Origin: an uncultured bacterium
GTDB lineage: Bacteria > Patescibacteriota > Patescibacteriia > CAIQCM01
Length of the DNA stretch: 64,000 nucleotides
Assembly (NCBI GenBank): GCA_963708045.1
Contig: OY970181.1
Location: forward strand, 643,740 to 707,739
Direction: 5' to 3'
How positions within the stretch are numbered: position 1 is the stretch's first letter; every line of letters starts with the position of its first letter. This document shows positions 19,204 through 27,614 of this stretch, one piece after another. The notes under the pieces are model-generated. The model saw only the letters and a list, made by a program, of their open reading frames with translations, was not told the DNA's origin and did not search any database. A program made the position numbers and the translations under genes.

Positions 19204-19216
19204 TTAGCGCAAGACG

Positions 19217-19251
19217 AAGCCCGGTGGTCATTTAATGATCGCCGGGCTTTT
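19217..19251 (+). terminator. hairpin terminator-like element after the prs-like gene
   Basis: 15-bp stem 'AAGCCCGGTGGTCAT / ATGATCGCCGGGCTT' (two G-U pairs) then TT. Confidence 0.5.
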
Positions 19252-19340
19252 CCAATAAGTCATCTATTTGTTGCGCTAACGCGGATGGAGTATAATAACA
19301 AAAGTAAAAGACTTAATGAATTAAATGAAATTTTAATAAT

Positions 19341-19721
19341 ATGGACGAACAAAAAAAGGAAGAGCCAAAGGTTGAAGCGAAACAGGGGATTCCGGTCGCG
19401 GTCGGAATGTCGCCGGAAAAGCACAGAATGTTAATGGCAATTTTGGCCTATGTTTTATTTTTAATTCCACTCCTTACTGGTGACGCCAAAAAAGATGAGT
19501 TTGTTAAATATCACACTAAACAAGGTTTTGCGTTATTCATTGTTTGTATTGCAATTGGCATTTTAGGTTGGGTAATGCCGTTTATGTATTGGTTGCCGAT
19601 TATCCGTCTGCTTAACTTGGTAACGCTCGTCCTCTTTGTGCTTGGAGTTGTTAACGTCGTTAATAACAAAAAAGAGCCATTGCCGGTTATTGGCGCGCTT
19701 AGTGATTGGCTAAAAATTTAA
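19341..19721 (+). CDS. small integral membrane protein (DUF4870-like)
   Basis: 126 aa; 'DEFVKYHTKQGFALFIVCIAIGIL' and two or three TM helices. Confidence 0.45.
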   Translation: MDEQKKEEPKVEAKQGIPVAVGMSPEKHRMLMAILAYVLFLIPLLTGDAKKDEFVKYHTKQGFALFIVCIAIGILGWVMPFMYWLPIIRLLNLVTLVLFVLGVVNVVNNKKEPLPVIGALSDWLKI

Positions 19722-19743
19722 TTTGTTTAAAAATTAAATCTCA

Positions 19744-20934
19744 CTAGTCGGCTTTAGCCGGCTCGTGAGATTTTTTGTATAAAGCAAGAACTAAAAATAT
19801 AACAAAACCAATAAGTGACCCTATCGCGGCAACGGTAAAAGCCGCTTCTGGTCGTACCGTGTCCCAAATTTTTCCAAGTCCAAAGCCGCCAGCAATAACA
19901 GCTAATCCGGTCACAGTGTAGAAAATTCCAAAGGCCGTGCCGCGCGACTGCGCGGGAATTATGTCGGCAATCATCGCGCGCCCCGAGCCTTCGGTAAGTG
20001 CGTAAAATAATCCATAGCAGGCAAAAAGAATTAGCGCGGTCGCAAGCGATGGGTCGCGAGAAAAACCAAACTCAACGCCGGCGAGCAGAAGCCAGCCAAA
20101 AGCGATAAACGGGAGTTTGCCGATTTTGTCGCTCCAAATGCCAATTGGATAAGAAACAATCGCGTAGATCAGGGTAAAGCCGGCAAAAAGTATCGGCGTT
20201 AATGTTGTGGGAATGCCGACCGTGTGCGAGCGCAAAAGAAAAAGCGAATCATTGACCTTGGTGAGCATGGCGATCGTCATCCCGATCGTGAAGAGCCAAA
20301 ATTGCCAAGGCAATTTTTTGTAAGCGACAACTTGTTTGGTAGCGATGGTTTTTGGGTCGCGGACGCCAAAGTAAATAAGCGCCAAAGCGGCGGCGCCGGG
20401 GATGGCGGTTAAAATAAAAATTAAACGATAGGTTTGGAGTGATGGGACAAAAAGTAAAAGCAAAGCCGCCGCGGCGATCGGGCCAAAAACTGAACCAGCC
20501 GTGTCCACCATTCGCGAAAAACCAAATGCCCGTCCGGTTGCCCCCGTCGCGGCTGAGTCGGCGACAAGCGCGTCGCGTGGCGCGTCCTTACTGCCCTTGC
20601 CAACGCCATCAATGACGCGCAAAGCCGCGGCTGGAAGAAACGACGAAGTTAAAAAAAGCAAAGGACGGGCAAGCGAAGAAAGAGTGTAGCCAAAAAGAAC
20701 AAAAGTTTTTCGGTCTTTATAGCGGTCGGAAAGGACGCCTGAAACAAAACGGAAAAAACTAGTGGTGCCGTTTAAGAGTCCGTCAATCAGTCCAATCCCA
20801 GCGCCGCTTATTCCGATAAGTGCCAAATAGGCCGGAAGAATTGGCGTGATCATATCTTGTCCAAAGCCGGAGGCGAGGGCAACAAAACCCAGCACAATAA
20901 TATTTCTGGGAATTTTGGGGCGTGAATTTTCCAT
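19744..20934 (-). CDS. MFS transporter
   Basis: 396 aa with about 12 TM helices; MFS-like loop 'GVLSDRYKDRK' between TM2 and TM3. Confidence 0.75.
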   Translation of the reverse strand: MENSRPKIPRNIIVLGFVALASGFGQDMITPILPAYLALIGISGAGIGLIDGLLNGTTSFFRFVSGVLSDRYKDRKTFVLFGYTLSSLARPLLFLTSSFLPAAALRVIDGVGKGSKDAPRDALVADSAATGATGRAFGFSRMVDTAGSVFGPIAAAALLLLFVPSLQTYRLIFILTAIPGAAALALIYFGVRDPKTIATKQVVAYKKLPWQFWLFTIGMTIAMLTKVNDSLFLLRSHTVGIPTTLTPILFAGFTLIYAIVSYPIGIWSDKIGKLPFIAFGWLLLAGVEFGFSRDPSLATALILFACYGLFYALTEGSGRAMIADIIPAQSRGTAFGIFYTVTGLAVIAGGFGLGKIWDTVRPEAAFTVAAIGSLIGFVIFLVLALYKKSHEPAKAD

Positions 20935-21032
20935 AGTTATTTATTATAGCACGCTTGACTTTGCTTGCGTTTGTGTTAATTTAAACGGCTTGCCAAAGTA
21001 AGCGGCAAGATGATTTTTGACAACCAAAAGAG

Positions 21033-22412
21033 GTGATTAAAGTGAAAAAAACAAGTGCACAACCAGACAGCGGAAAATATTTTGTTTTGCCGGAGCATCT
21101 CGTTCTCGCAAAAATGGACGAACTTAGGCGAGCACGGATTACGGTGCGCAAGGTTGAAGCAATTGCTTGCGGACTTACCTTTGACGCATATCTCGTAAGA
21201 AAAAACGGAACGCGCGGCGGGTTAGAGAGGGTTCTTGCGGTTTTGAGTCTAAGCCAGAAGCAAATTCGCAGGGAAAAATGTTTTGTGAACGATTGCAAAT
21301 ATGAACTTGTTACCGTGAGCCAAGGCCGCGTTCGCATTCATGATTCTGAAAATGTTTACAAGCGAAACAAGACGTTTCAGGCGACGAGCGCCTATCGTCG
21401 CGAGCTTGAAAATTTTTCACGCCTTTTGGGTGGTGTAGAATTACATTTTCATTGCGCCAAGCTTTTTGAGCGTAATTCCTTTCCAAACGTGCCGGGTTGC
21501 TACCGAATTTTTACGAACAGTTCGCCCGCCGGTGAAGCTAGCTTCACATTTGGAACAACCATCTTTGGTATGCCTTTGGACAAGGATGGGTTTCCGGTCA
21601 AGGTAACCAAACCGACACCGGGTCGCGGGCTCAGTATGGAGGATCAGGAGGAGCAACCGTGCGTTCAGGTTCTTGGTAATACGATCTACTTTCTGGTTCC
21701 GACGGTTGGCAACTATCGCGGCGAGATCAGCCGGATTATCTTTAAGAAACTCTTTATCGCGGGGTGGGACGGAATTCGTCTCCTTGCCAAGGAAAAGAAA
21801 ACCAAGCCGCTTAGCAAGCGCGCTTGCGCCGGAATTGCGAAGCGCTGGGTTGACGGCTATCCGAACGGAGTTGAGGAGGAAATGGCGCTCTTAGACGATA
21901 AGATTGCGCGCGTAACGAAGGAACTCGCCGGATATTTGCGGAACAAACAAGAATTTGCGTCTATTCTTGCGCTTCTTAATACCCCCGGGTATGCCAGACG
22001 TGCTAAAAAACGCTTGGTTCGGGAATTTGATAAGCTGATGGCCAATCCCGATTTTGAGCGCGTATCCGTGGTTGACGAGGGACTGCATCTCGCGACCAAG
22101 CGGATCATTCCTGAACACAACGGACGCGGTTTCGATCTTGGGCGCTTTGTTATTAGGATCGGACGAAACGGGCGCGTTTCAGTTTGGAGTGAGGAACCGA
22201 CGCACCCGCGCCGCATTCCTCATCCGCACATTGATGCCGACAGTGGTCCGTGTTTTGGCAATGCGACCGAGGCAATTATAAAAGCCGCGGCCGAAGAGCG
22301 GTACGCTGACGCCGCGTCTATGACGTTGCGTTGGTTAAGGGATGGATATTCGCCGGAACTTGCGGCGGTAAAAATAGAAGAATGGCCGGTTGTTAAAGAA
22401 GGGATGGGTTGA
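21033..22412 (+). CDS. protein with C-terminal UBC/E2-like domain (candidate E2 of a Ubl-conjugation operon)
   Basis: C-terminal 'FVIRIGRNGRVSVWSEEPTHPRRIPHPHIDADSGPCFGN' mirrors the E2 core 'F.I.I.FP..YP..PP.V.F...I.HPNI...G.ICL' (HPN-like HPH, then Cys 9 residues on); GTG start with AAGAGG RBS; stop sits just before the E1-gene start. Confidence 0.5.
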   Translation: MIKVKKTSAQPDSGKYFVLPEHLVLAKMDELRRARITVRKVEAIACGLTFDAYLVRKNGTRGGLERVLAVLSLSQKQIRREKCFVNDCKYELVTVSQGRVRIHDSENVYKRNKTFQATSAYRRELENFSRLLGGVELHFHCAKLFERNSFPNVPGCYRIFTNSSPAGEASFTFGTTIFGMPLDKDGFPVKVTKPTPGRGLSMEDQEEQPCVQVLGNTIYFLVPTVGNYRGEISRIIFKKLFIAGWDGIRLLAKEKKTKPLSKRACAGIAKRWVDGYPNGVEEEMALLDDKIARVTKELAGYLRNKQEFASILALLNTPGYARRAKKRLVREFDKLMANPDFERVSVVDEGLHLATKRIIPEHNGRGFDLGRFVIRIGRNGRVSVWSEEPTHPRRIPHPHIDADSGPCFGNATEAIIKAAAEERYADAASMTLRWLRDGYSPELAAVKIEEWPVVKEGMG

Positions 22413-22413
22413 A

Positions 22414-23118
22414 ATGAAAGATCTTAATCACTCACAACAGCGGGCGCTGTTTAGTCCGAGCGCCGCGCGAGTCGTGACCGTAATCGGTGTTGGTGCGGTG
22501 GGAAGTTGTGTCGTTAAAATGCTCGCCAAGCTCGGCGTTCGCAATATTACGGTCATTGACCCCGACTACGTTGAATCACATAATCTTCCAATGTCGGCGT
22601 ACGGGCTTCGTGACCTGGCTAAATATAAAGTGTCGGCTTTGGCCGCCGAAGTGGAGCAGCAAACCGGCGTGCTTTTGATAGAGGCAAGACTGGCATACAC
22701 GGGCGGTAAGTTTAGGGGGACGGTGGTTGCTTGTGTTGATAGTATGGAAGCGCGGAGTCTGATTTGGAAATATGTAAAAAGAGATCCGCTTGTTGATGTT
22801 TTTGTGGACACGCGGACGGCCGAGGAGTTAATCTCGGTCTTTGGCGTAAATCCAACCAACGAAGAACATATCGCCTACTACGAACATCATCTTTGTCCGA
22901 CTACGGAAACGCTTAATACTACCTGTGGTCGGCACGGAATTATCTATGTAAGCGCCATTGCTGCGGCACTCGTTTGCAAACGGTTGACACAACACTGGAC
23001 AGACGGTACATATAACTTACACACAATGGGAACGGTTGACGACTTTTCGTGCGTCGGCCAAAACACAGACAGAGGAGAGAGCGATGAGGAAGCCGAAGAA
23101 AATCAGCGTAACGATTAA
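22414..23118 (+). CDS. minimal E1-like (ThiF/MoeB-family) adenylyltransferase
   Basis: Rossmann 'VTVIGVGAVGSCVVKMLAKLGVRNITVIDPDYVESHNLP' (GxGxxG plus D.D.VE.SNL); 'TTCGRHGIIYVSAIAAALVCKRL' matches the ThiF C-terminal half; ATG 22414 immediately follows the upstream stop. Confidence 0.7.
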   Translation: MKDLNHSQQRALFSPSAARVVTVIGVGAVGSCVVKMLAKLGVRNITVIDPDYVESHNLPMSAYGLRDLAKYKVSALAAEVEQQTGVLLIEARLAYTGGKFRGTVVACVDSMEARSLIWKYVKRDPLVDVFVDTRTAEELISVFGVNPTNEEHIAYYEHHLCPTTETLNTTCGRHGIIYVSAIAAALVCKRLTQHWTDGTYNLHTMGTVDDFSCVGQNTDRGESDEEAEENQRND

Positions 23119-23320
23119 AGTGGTTCCGGTCTCGGGAAGAACGAGGGAAATCAGCGTGGAACTTGGCGGGAAAAATCCGACCATCGCGACGGCGCTAACG
23201 CAAGCCGGCGTTGCCTCGGAAAGAACGGACATCACTGTTTCCAGAAAACCAGCTAAGCTTGCTGATGTGGTTCACGCAGGCGCAACGATTCGCGTTGCCG
23301 AACGTCCGCACAGTTCGTAG
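23084..23320 (+). CDS. ubiquitin-like beta-grasp protein (ThiS/MoaD-like), no C-terminal Gly-Gly
   Basis: 'ISVTIKVVPVSGRTREISVELGGKNPTIATALTQAGV...DITVSRKPAKLADVVHAGATIRV' follows the ThiS/MoaD pattern; GAGAGAG RBS before ATG 23084; overlaps the E1 3' end. Confidence 0.45.
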   Translation: MRKPKKISVTIKVVPVSGRTREISVELGGKNPTIATALTQAGVASERTDITVSRKPAKLADVVHAGATIRVAERPHSS

Positions 23321-23697
23321 TCGGAAACGACACTTGGCGCGTCGCGTGCCAAGACAAGGGGTTCTCTACAGAGAGCCCCTTTTAAAATTTTTAAAATTAA
23401 ATCGTCCGCCAAACCGATGGGGCTTGGCGGACGTGTTTCTTCGGGTTTGCTTAGTGATCCAAAAGATAGGCGAGGGTGAGGATTGGGTGAGATGGATCAA
23501 TCAATCCTCTGGTTTGCGCCAGAGAATTGAGACAATTGGCGCAGGTTGATGAGTTACGAACGGCGTCTCGCAAGGAATGTATGGCAGGACACTGGCACGG
23601 ACGTTTTCCAATTGCCTTTTCCGTGGGTTGATACAAACTGAATCGCCGGCCGCCTTTTCCAAACAAACAAAGGGTTGGTTTATAACGTGGCATCGTA

Positions 23698-24486
23698 TTA
23701 CTCCTTTTTGAAGTCTGGGGGCAGTGGAAAACCGCTCGCGAGTTCACGGTCACGATACATTTTTGGAAGCATCATCTCGCTTGTCCACGATCCGATGATT
23801 TCGGCTATGCTATCGCTTCCTTGATATTTCCCGCCGTCTTTGGCGTAGGTTGTTCGGTCGGGATCAACTTGGAAAAAGATAATTTGCGCGACGCGCATTC
23901 CCACAACCAAGATGACCGAAGTCTCGCGCATATGGTTGGTCATTTCCATTGTCCAACGCGCGATGTAGCCAAGGTCGCCCCAGCCAGCACATTTACAAAC
24001 GGTAATGCCGATTCTGCCCATACTGGAACGGGCGCGCATTTCTGTGCTAACGCAATTTCGTCCGCCGATGAATTCTATCGTGTGAGCAAGAATCGTTTCG
24101 CCAGGATCAAGGATAATGAGTTGGTCGTTGCGGCGTATGCCCTTCAGGCTAACACTGTGTTCGTCCATATATTGACCGGCGACGATGGGTAGACAAGCCT
24201 TTCCCCAATATCGGCGAATGTGGATTTCATCAAAGGGGTTTAAGATCGCCGCGTCGCCGCTTGTGCGCCGCGTCTCGCGAAAGAAATTGTGTCCCAGGCG
24301 CACATCATAGCTCATTGTTCCAAGACTCCTTTCATCGTAGGGGCTGATAATGATGTTGCCGGCTTCAAGTTGGTATTTAATCGCTAGCCGTGAAAGGTGC
24401 GAACGCCCAGGTTTGGGCAGTTGTTCAAAATCTTTGATCTCCTCATCTGTCGCAAAAACTGTTCTTGTACTTGTTTCGTTTTTCAT
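23698..24486 (-). CDS. dcd: dCTP deaminase/dUTPase-family protein with N- and C-terminal extensions
   Basis: 'YDVRLGHNF', 'LDPGETILAHTIE', 'EMRARSSMGRIGITVCKCAGWGDLGYIARWTMEMTN', 'AQIIFFQV' align to Dcd core motifs; about 30 aa extra N-terminally and about 50 aa C-terminally. Confidence 0.65.
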   Translation of the reverse strand: MKNETSTRTVFATDEEIKDFEQLPKPGRSHLSRLAIKYQLEAGNIIISPYDERSLGTMSYDVRLGHNFFRETRRTSGDAAILNPFDEIHIRRYWGKACLPIVAGQYMDEHSVSLKGIRRNDQLIILDPGETILAHTIEFIGGRNCVSTEMRARSSMGRIGITVCKCAGWGDLGYIARWTMEMTNHMRETSVILVVGMRVAQIIFFQVDPDRTTYAKDGGKYQGSDSIAEIIGSWTSEMMLPKMYRDRELASGFPLPPDFKKE

Positions 24487-24594
24487 TTATTCCTCCTGAT
24501 TTGAGGTTAGCCGAAGTAACTAGCAAGTGTCAACCGCTGGATAGCACTACTTTGGCTTTAAAAAAACTCCGCCATTTGCTATATTTAACGCATA

Positions 24595-25302
24595 ATGGCA
24601 ATTAAATACTCCGTAATTATTCCGGCTTTTAACGAGGAGAATACCATTGGTCGGGCGGTTCGTGAAACCGCCGCGGTTTTTAATCCGTTTAAAGAAGAAT
24701 ATGAGATCGTCGTTGTTGACGATGGTTCATCCGACGCAACGGTTGGCACGGCCGAAGCACTTACCATCGAATTTCCGTTTTTAAAAATTATTAAACACGA
24801 GATTAATCGTGGTAAGGGCGAAGCCGTGCGCACGGGCGTTCGCGAAGCTCTAGGTGAACAGTTGCTTTTTTTGGACAGCGACCTTGCGACGCATCCGCGC
24901 GAAGTCGCCGCCTTTATAGAAAAAATGGGGGACTACGATATTGCGATCGGTTCGCGCCGCGCCCGTGGCGCGATCATCGCCAAGCCCCAGCCATGGTTCC
25001 GGATTTTTTATGGGCGAATGATTAATTTTTTTATTCGTCATTTTTTAAAATTGCCGCATAACGATACGCAATGCGGTTTTAAAATGTTTCGCGCCGAAGT
25101 TGCTAAAAATATTTTTAACGAGCTTGGGCCAAGCCGCTGGGTTTTTGACATTGAAGTATTGCTTCGTGCTCGCGCGAACGGTTATAAAATCGCCGAGCTC
25201 CCCGTTACCTGGACTAACGGTGAATTTTCCCGCGTTAAAACCAACGAAGTTCTTGCCGATCTTTGGTATCTCGTTAAATTAAAAAATAAACTAAATAGAT
25301 AA
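24595..25302 (+). CDS. GT2 glycosyltransferase (polyprenyl-phosphate sugar synthase-like)
   Basis: 'YSVIIPAFNEE', 'EIVVVDDGSSDAT', 'LDSDL' typical of DPM/GtrB-like GT2. Confidence 0.8.
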   Translation: MAIKYSVIIPAFNEENTIGRAVRETAAVFNPFKEEYEIVVVDDGSSDATVGTAEALTIEFPFLKIIKHEINRGKGEAVRTGVREALGEQLLFLDSDLATHPREVAAFIEKMGDYDIAIGSRRARGAIIAKPQPWFRIFYGRMINFFIRHFLKLPHNDTQCGFKMFRAEVAKNIFNELGPSRWVFDIEVLLRARANGYKIAELPVTWTNGEFSRVKTNEVLADLWYLVKLKNKLNR

Positions 25303-25309
25303 ATTTTTT

Positions 25310-26179
25310 ATGAATGTGGTCGGTTTGATTTTTGCATTTATCGCGTTAATAAGTTGGGCGGCAGGCGATTTTTTAATTCAACGCGTAACTCGCAAGAGTG
25401 GCACGATAAAAACTTTGTTCTTTATCGCCGCCGTGGGCACAATCGTTTTGGCGCCGTGGGCAATACCGCATCTTAACGAACTTTTTTTTGGAAATAATCT
25501 GGTTTTGCTCATTCTTGCGGTTTGTATTACATTTTTTGCGGCGGTTTTTGATTTTGACGCGCTTCACGATGGCAAGCTTGCGGTTGTTGAACCAGTGCTT
25601 GGACTGGAGTTGCCGATCATCGTTCTTTTGTCTATGGTTTTTCGGGGTGAGTCGCTCGGTTTGTTTCAAATTTTAGCGATCGTTGTTATTTTTATCGGTA
25701 TTACCTTGACTGTGACGGAACGGAAATTACGCTGGCATCATAAAATTATTTTTGAGAAGGGTTTTATTTATGCCGGCGTCGGGGCGGTCGGGATGGGGCT
25801 TAGCAGTTTTTTGTATTGTGTCGGCAGTCAAGAATCATCGGCTCTTTTAACGGTTTGGTTTATTCATGCGATTATTGCTATTGTTTGTCTCATTATTCTT
25901 TTGCGCCGGCGGGTTTTTCTTACGGTTTTCTCTGATCTTAAAAAATTTCCGATAGCCATTTTATTGATGGCCGCCGCTGATAATGCTGCTTGGCTGGCAT
26001 ATGGATCAGCTTCAACGTATATACCAATTTCTATAGCAACAGCGATTAGCGAGTCATATATCGCCCTTGCATTAATTCTTGGCGTTGTTGTAAATAAAGA
26101 AAAATTTCATAAACATCAATACCTTGGCGCTGTTTTTGCGATTATTGGTTTGGTCACGCTCTCATTAATTTCTCCGTAA
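25310..26179 (+). CDS. EamA/DMT-family membrane transporter
   Basis: 289 aa with about 10 TM helices arranged as two EamA-like repeats. Confidence 0.6.
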   Translation: MNVVGLIFAFIALISWAAGDFLIQRVTRKSGTIKTLFFIAAVGTIVLAPWAIPHLNELFFGNNLVLLILAVCITFFAAVFDFDALHDGKLAVVEPVLGLELPIIVLLSMVFRGESLGLFQILAIVVIFIGITLTVTERKLRWHHKIIFEKGFIYAGVGAVGMGLSSFLYCVGSQESSALLTVWFIHAIIAIVCLIILLRRRVFLTVFSDLKKFPIAILLMAAADNAAWLAYGSASTYIPISIATAISESYIALALILGVVVNKEKFHKHQYLGAVFAIIGLVTLSLISP

Positions 26180-26191
26180 TTGTAAAAAGTA

Positions 26192-26698
26192 TTGATAAAA
26201 ATTATGAAACTTATTGCCATAATAAATCCGGAAAATGTGTCCGATGAAGAGGTGAAAAAATTTAAAACCAGGGTCGCGGCGCGGGGAATTGTTTATGACA
26301 ACGATGGCAAGGTTGCGATTTTAAATGTTTCAAAGAAAAATTATCACAAACTGCCTGGCGGCGGGGTTGAAGAAGGGGAGGATCTTTACGAAACGTTAAA
26401 ACGCGAGTGTCGGGAAGAGATTGGCTGCGAAGTTGAAATAAGTGGCGAAGTTGGTGAAATAATAGAATATCGGAAACTTTATGAAATAAAACAAACGTCG
26501 TTTTGTTATACGGCCAAGGTCGTGGGTGAAAAAGGGAAACCGCAATTTACCGAAGATGAGGCAGAAAAAGGTTTTGAAATTTTGTGGTTACCAATACAAG
26601 AAGCGCGGGCTTTGCTTGCAGCGGATTTTCCTTCGGCCGCAGAGGGTAAAATGTATATCGTGCCGCGCGACAAGGCGTTTTTGGAACAAATAAAATAA
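26192..26698 (+). CDS. NUDIX hydrolase
   Basis: Nudix box 'GGGVEEGEDLYETLKRECREEIGCEV'. Confidence 0.75.
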   Translation: MIKIMKLIAIINPENVSDEEVKKFKTRVAARGIVYDNDGKVAILNVSKKNYHKLPGGGVEEGEDLYETLKRECREEIGCEVEISGEVGEIIEYRKLYEIKQTSFCYTAKVVGEKGKPQFTEDEAEKGFEILWLPIQEARALLAADFPSAAEGKMYIVPRDKAFLEQIK

Positions 26699-26707
26699 TT
26701 TAAAAAA

Positions 26708-27493
26708 TTATTTTTTAATTGCTTTTAAAATAAGAAACATCGGGATCTCGGTGCGGGCGCGGTTTTCGGCTTTGGCGCGCGCGCCCGGGTCGCTCATTCG
26801 GTTAGAAACAAGTTCTTCCATTCCAGTAATAGCAAAACCGTTTTTAGCAAGCGCGTTTATATAAGCGGCAAGGGGGCGATGAAAAGAAAAAGTTTTGGCG
26901 GAATTTTTTTCTCCAGGATGAGCAATAATCGGAATCGCGAGTTCACTAAGGTATGCGTCAATCCGGCGGTACTGAATTTTGCGCTCTTCTTCCCAGCCCC
27001 ACGCGCTTTGGCGGGGGATGCGGAAAATTGGGTGGTTCATTGCAATAACAAACGGCGCACCGGGTTTTAGCGCGGCACCGGCACCAGCAAAAACTTTTTC
27101 AAAATTTTTAATGTTTTGAATGGCTAAAATGCAGACGGCAGCGTCAAATTTTTTGTTGTTTAACAAGGGTAAAAAATTTTCTGCGTCGGCGACAAAATAA
27201 TTGGTATTTTTTGGCATTGCTCCTCGTGCGCGAGTAATAAGCGATGGCGCTAGGTCAAAGCCGGTTATGGCTGCGCCAGCAGTAATGGCTAAGCGCGTAA
27301 AAGCGCCTTCGCCGCAGGCAATGTCTAACAACGTTTTACCACGAAGCTCGCCCAACTCTTTTAGAGTGGCGGGATAAACAACGGTCTTTAAAAGACTGTC
27401 TTCTTCTTTAAGGTGGTCGCCGTACCAGCGAGAAACATTTTCCCAGCTATTTTTAGCGATTCGTGGGTTTGGATGTTGATGAAATTTCTTCAT
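26708..27493 (-). CDS. class I SAM-dependent methyltransferase
   Basis: Motif I 'LLDIACGEGAF' and motif II 'FDAAVCILAIQNI'. Confidence 0.75.
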   Translation of the reverse strand: MKKFHQHPNPRIAKNSWENVSRWYGDHLKEEDSLLKTVVYPATLKELGELRGKTLLDIACGEGAFTRLAITAGAAITGFDLAPSLITRARGAMPKNTNYFVADAENFLPLLNNKKFDAAVCILAIQNIKNFEKVFAGAGAALKPGAPFVIAMNHPIFRIPRQSAWGWEEERKIQYRRIDAYLSELAIPIIAHPGEKNSAKTFSFHRPLAAYINALAKNGFAITGMEELVSNRMSDPGARAKAENRARTEIPMFLILKAIKK

Positions 27494-27552
27494 ACCTGTA
27501 TCATATCCGTCTTGGCATCATTATTCAAATAAAGAAACATAACCCACCCCAG

Positions 27553-27614
27553 CCCTCCCTTACCTTTCCGCCCAAGGCGGATCAGCCTCGGGCTGAAAGG
27601 GAGGGAAACTAAGT
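27553..27614 (+). promoter_or_regulatory. structured 5' leader of gpmI with the SD sequestered in a 9-bp helix
   Basis: 'CCCTCCCTT...AAGGGAGGG' outer stem pairs the GGGAGG SD (27599..27605); two inner hairpins 'CCGCC-CAA-GGCGG' and 'CAGCC-TCG-GGCTG'. Confidence 0.4.

Noticed and set aside
23211-23753. ORFs of 112 aa and 100 aa between the Ubl gene and dcd, considered as a missing JAB/DUB or other operon component
   Set aside because: There is no JAMM (E...HxHx7Sx2D) or Cys-protease motif. The ORFs overlap each other and the Ubl gene in other frames, are Arg-rich as expected for out-of-frame GC-rich sequence, and have no RBS.
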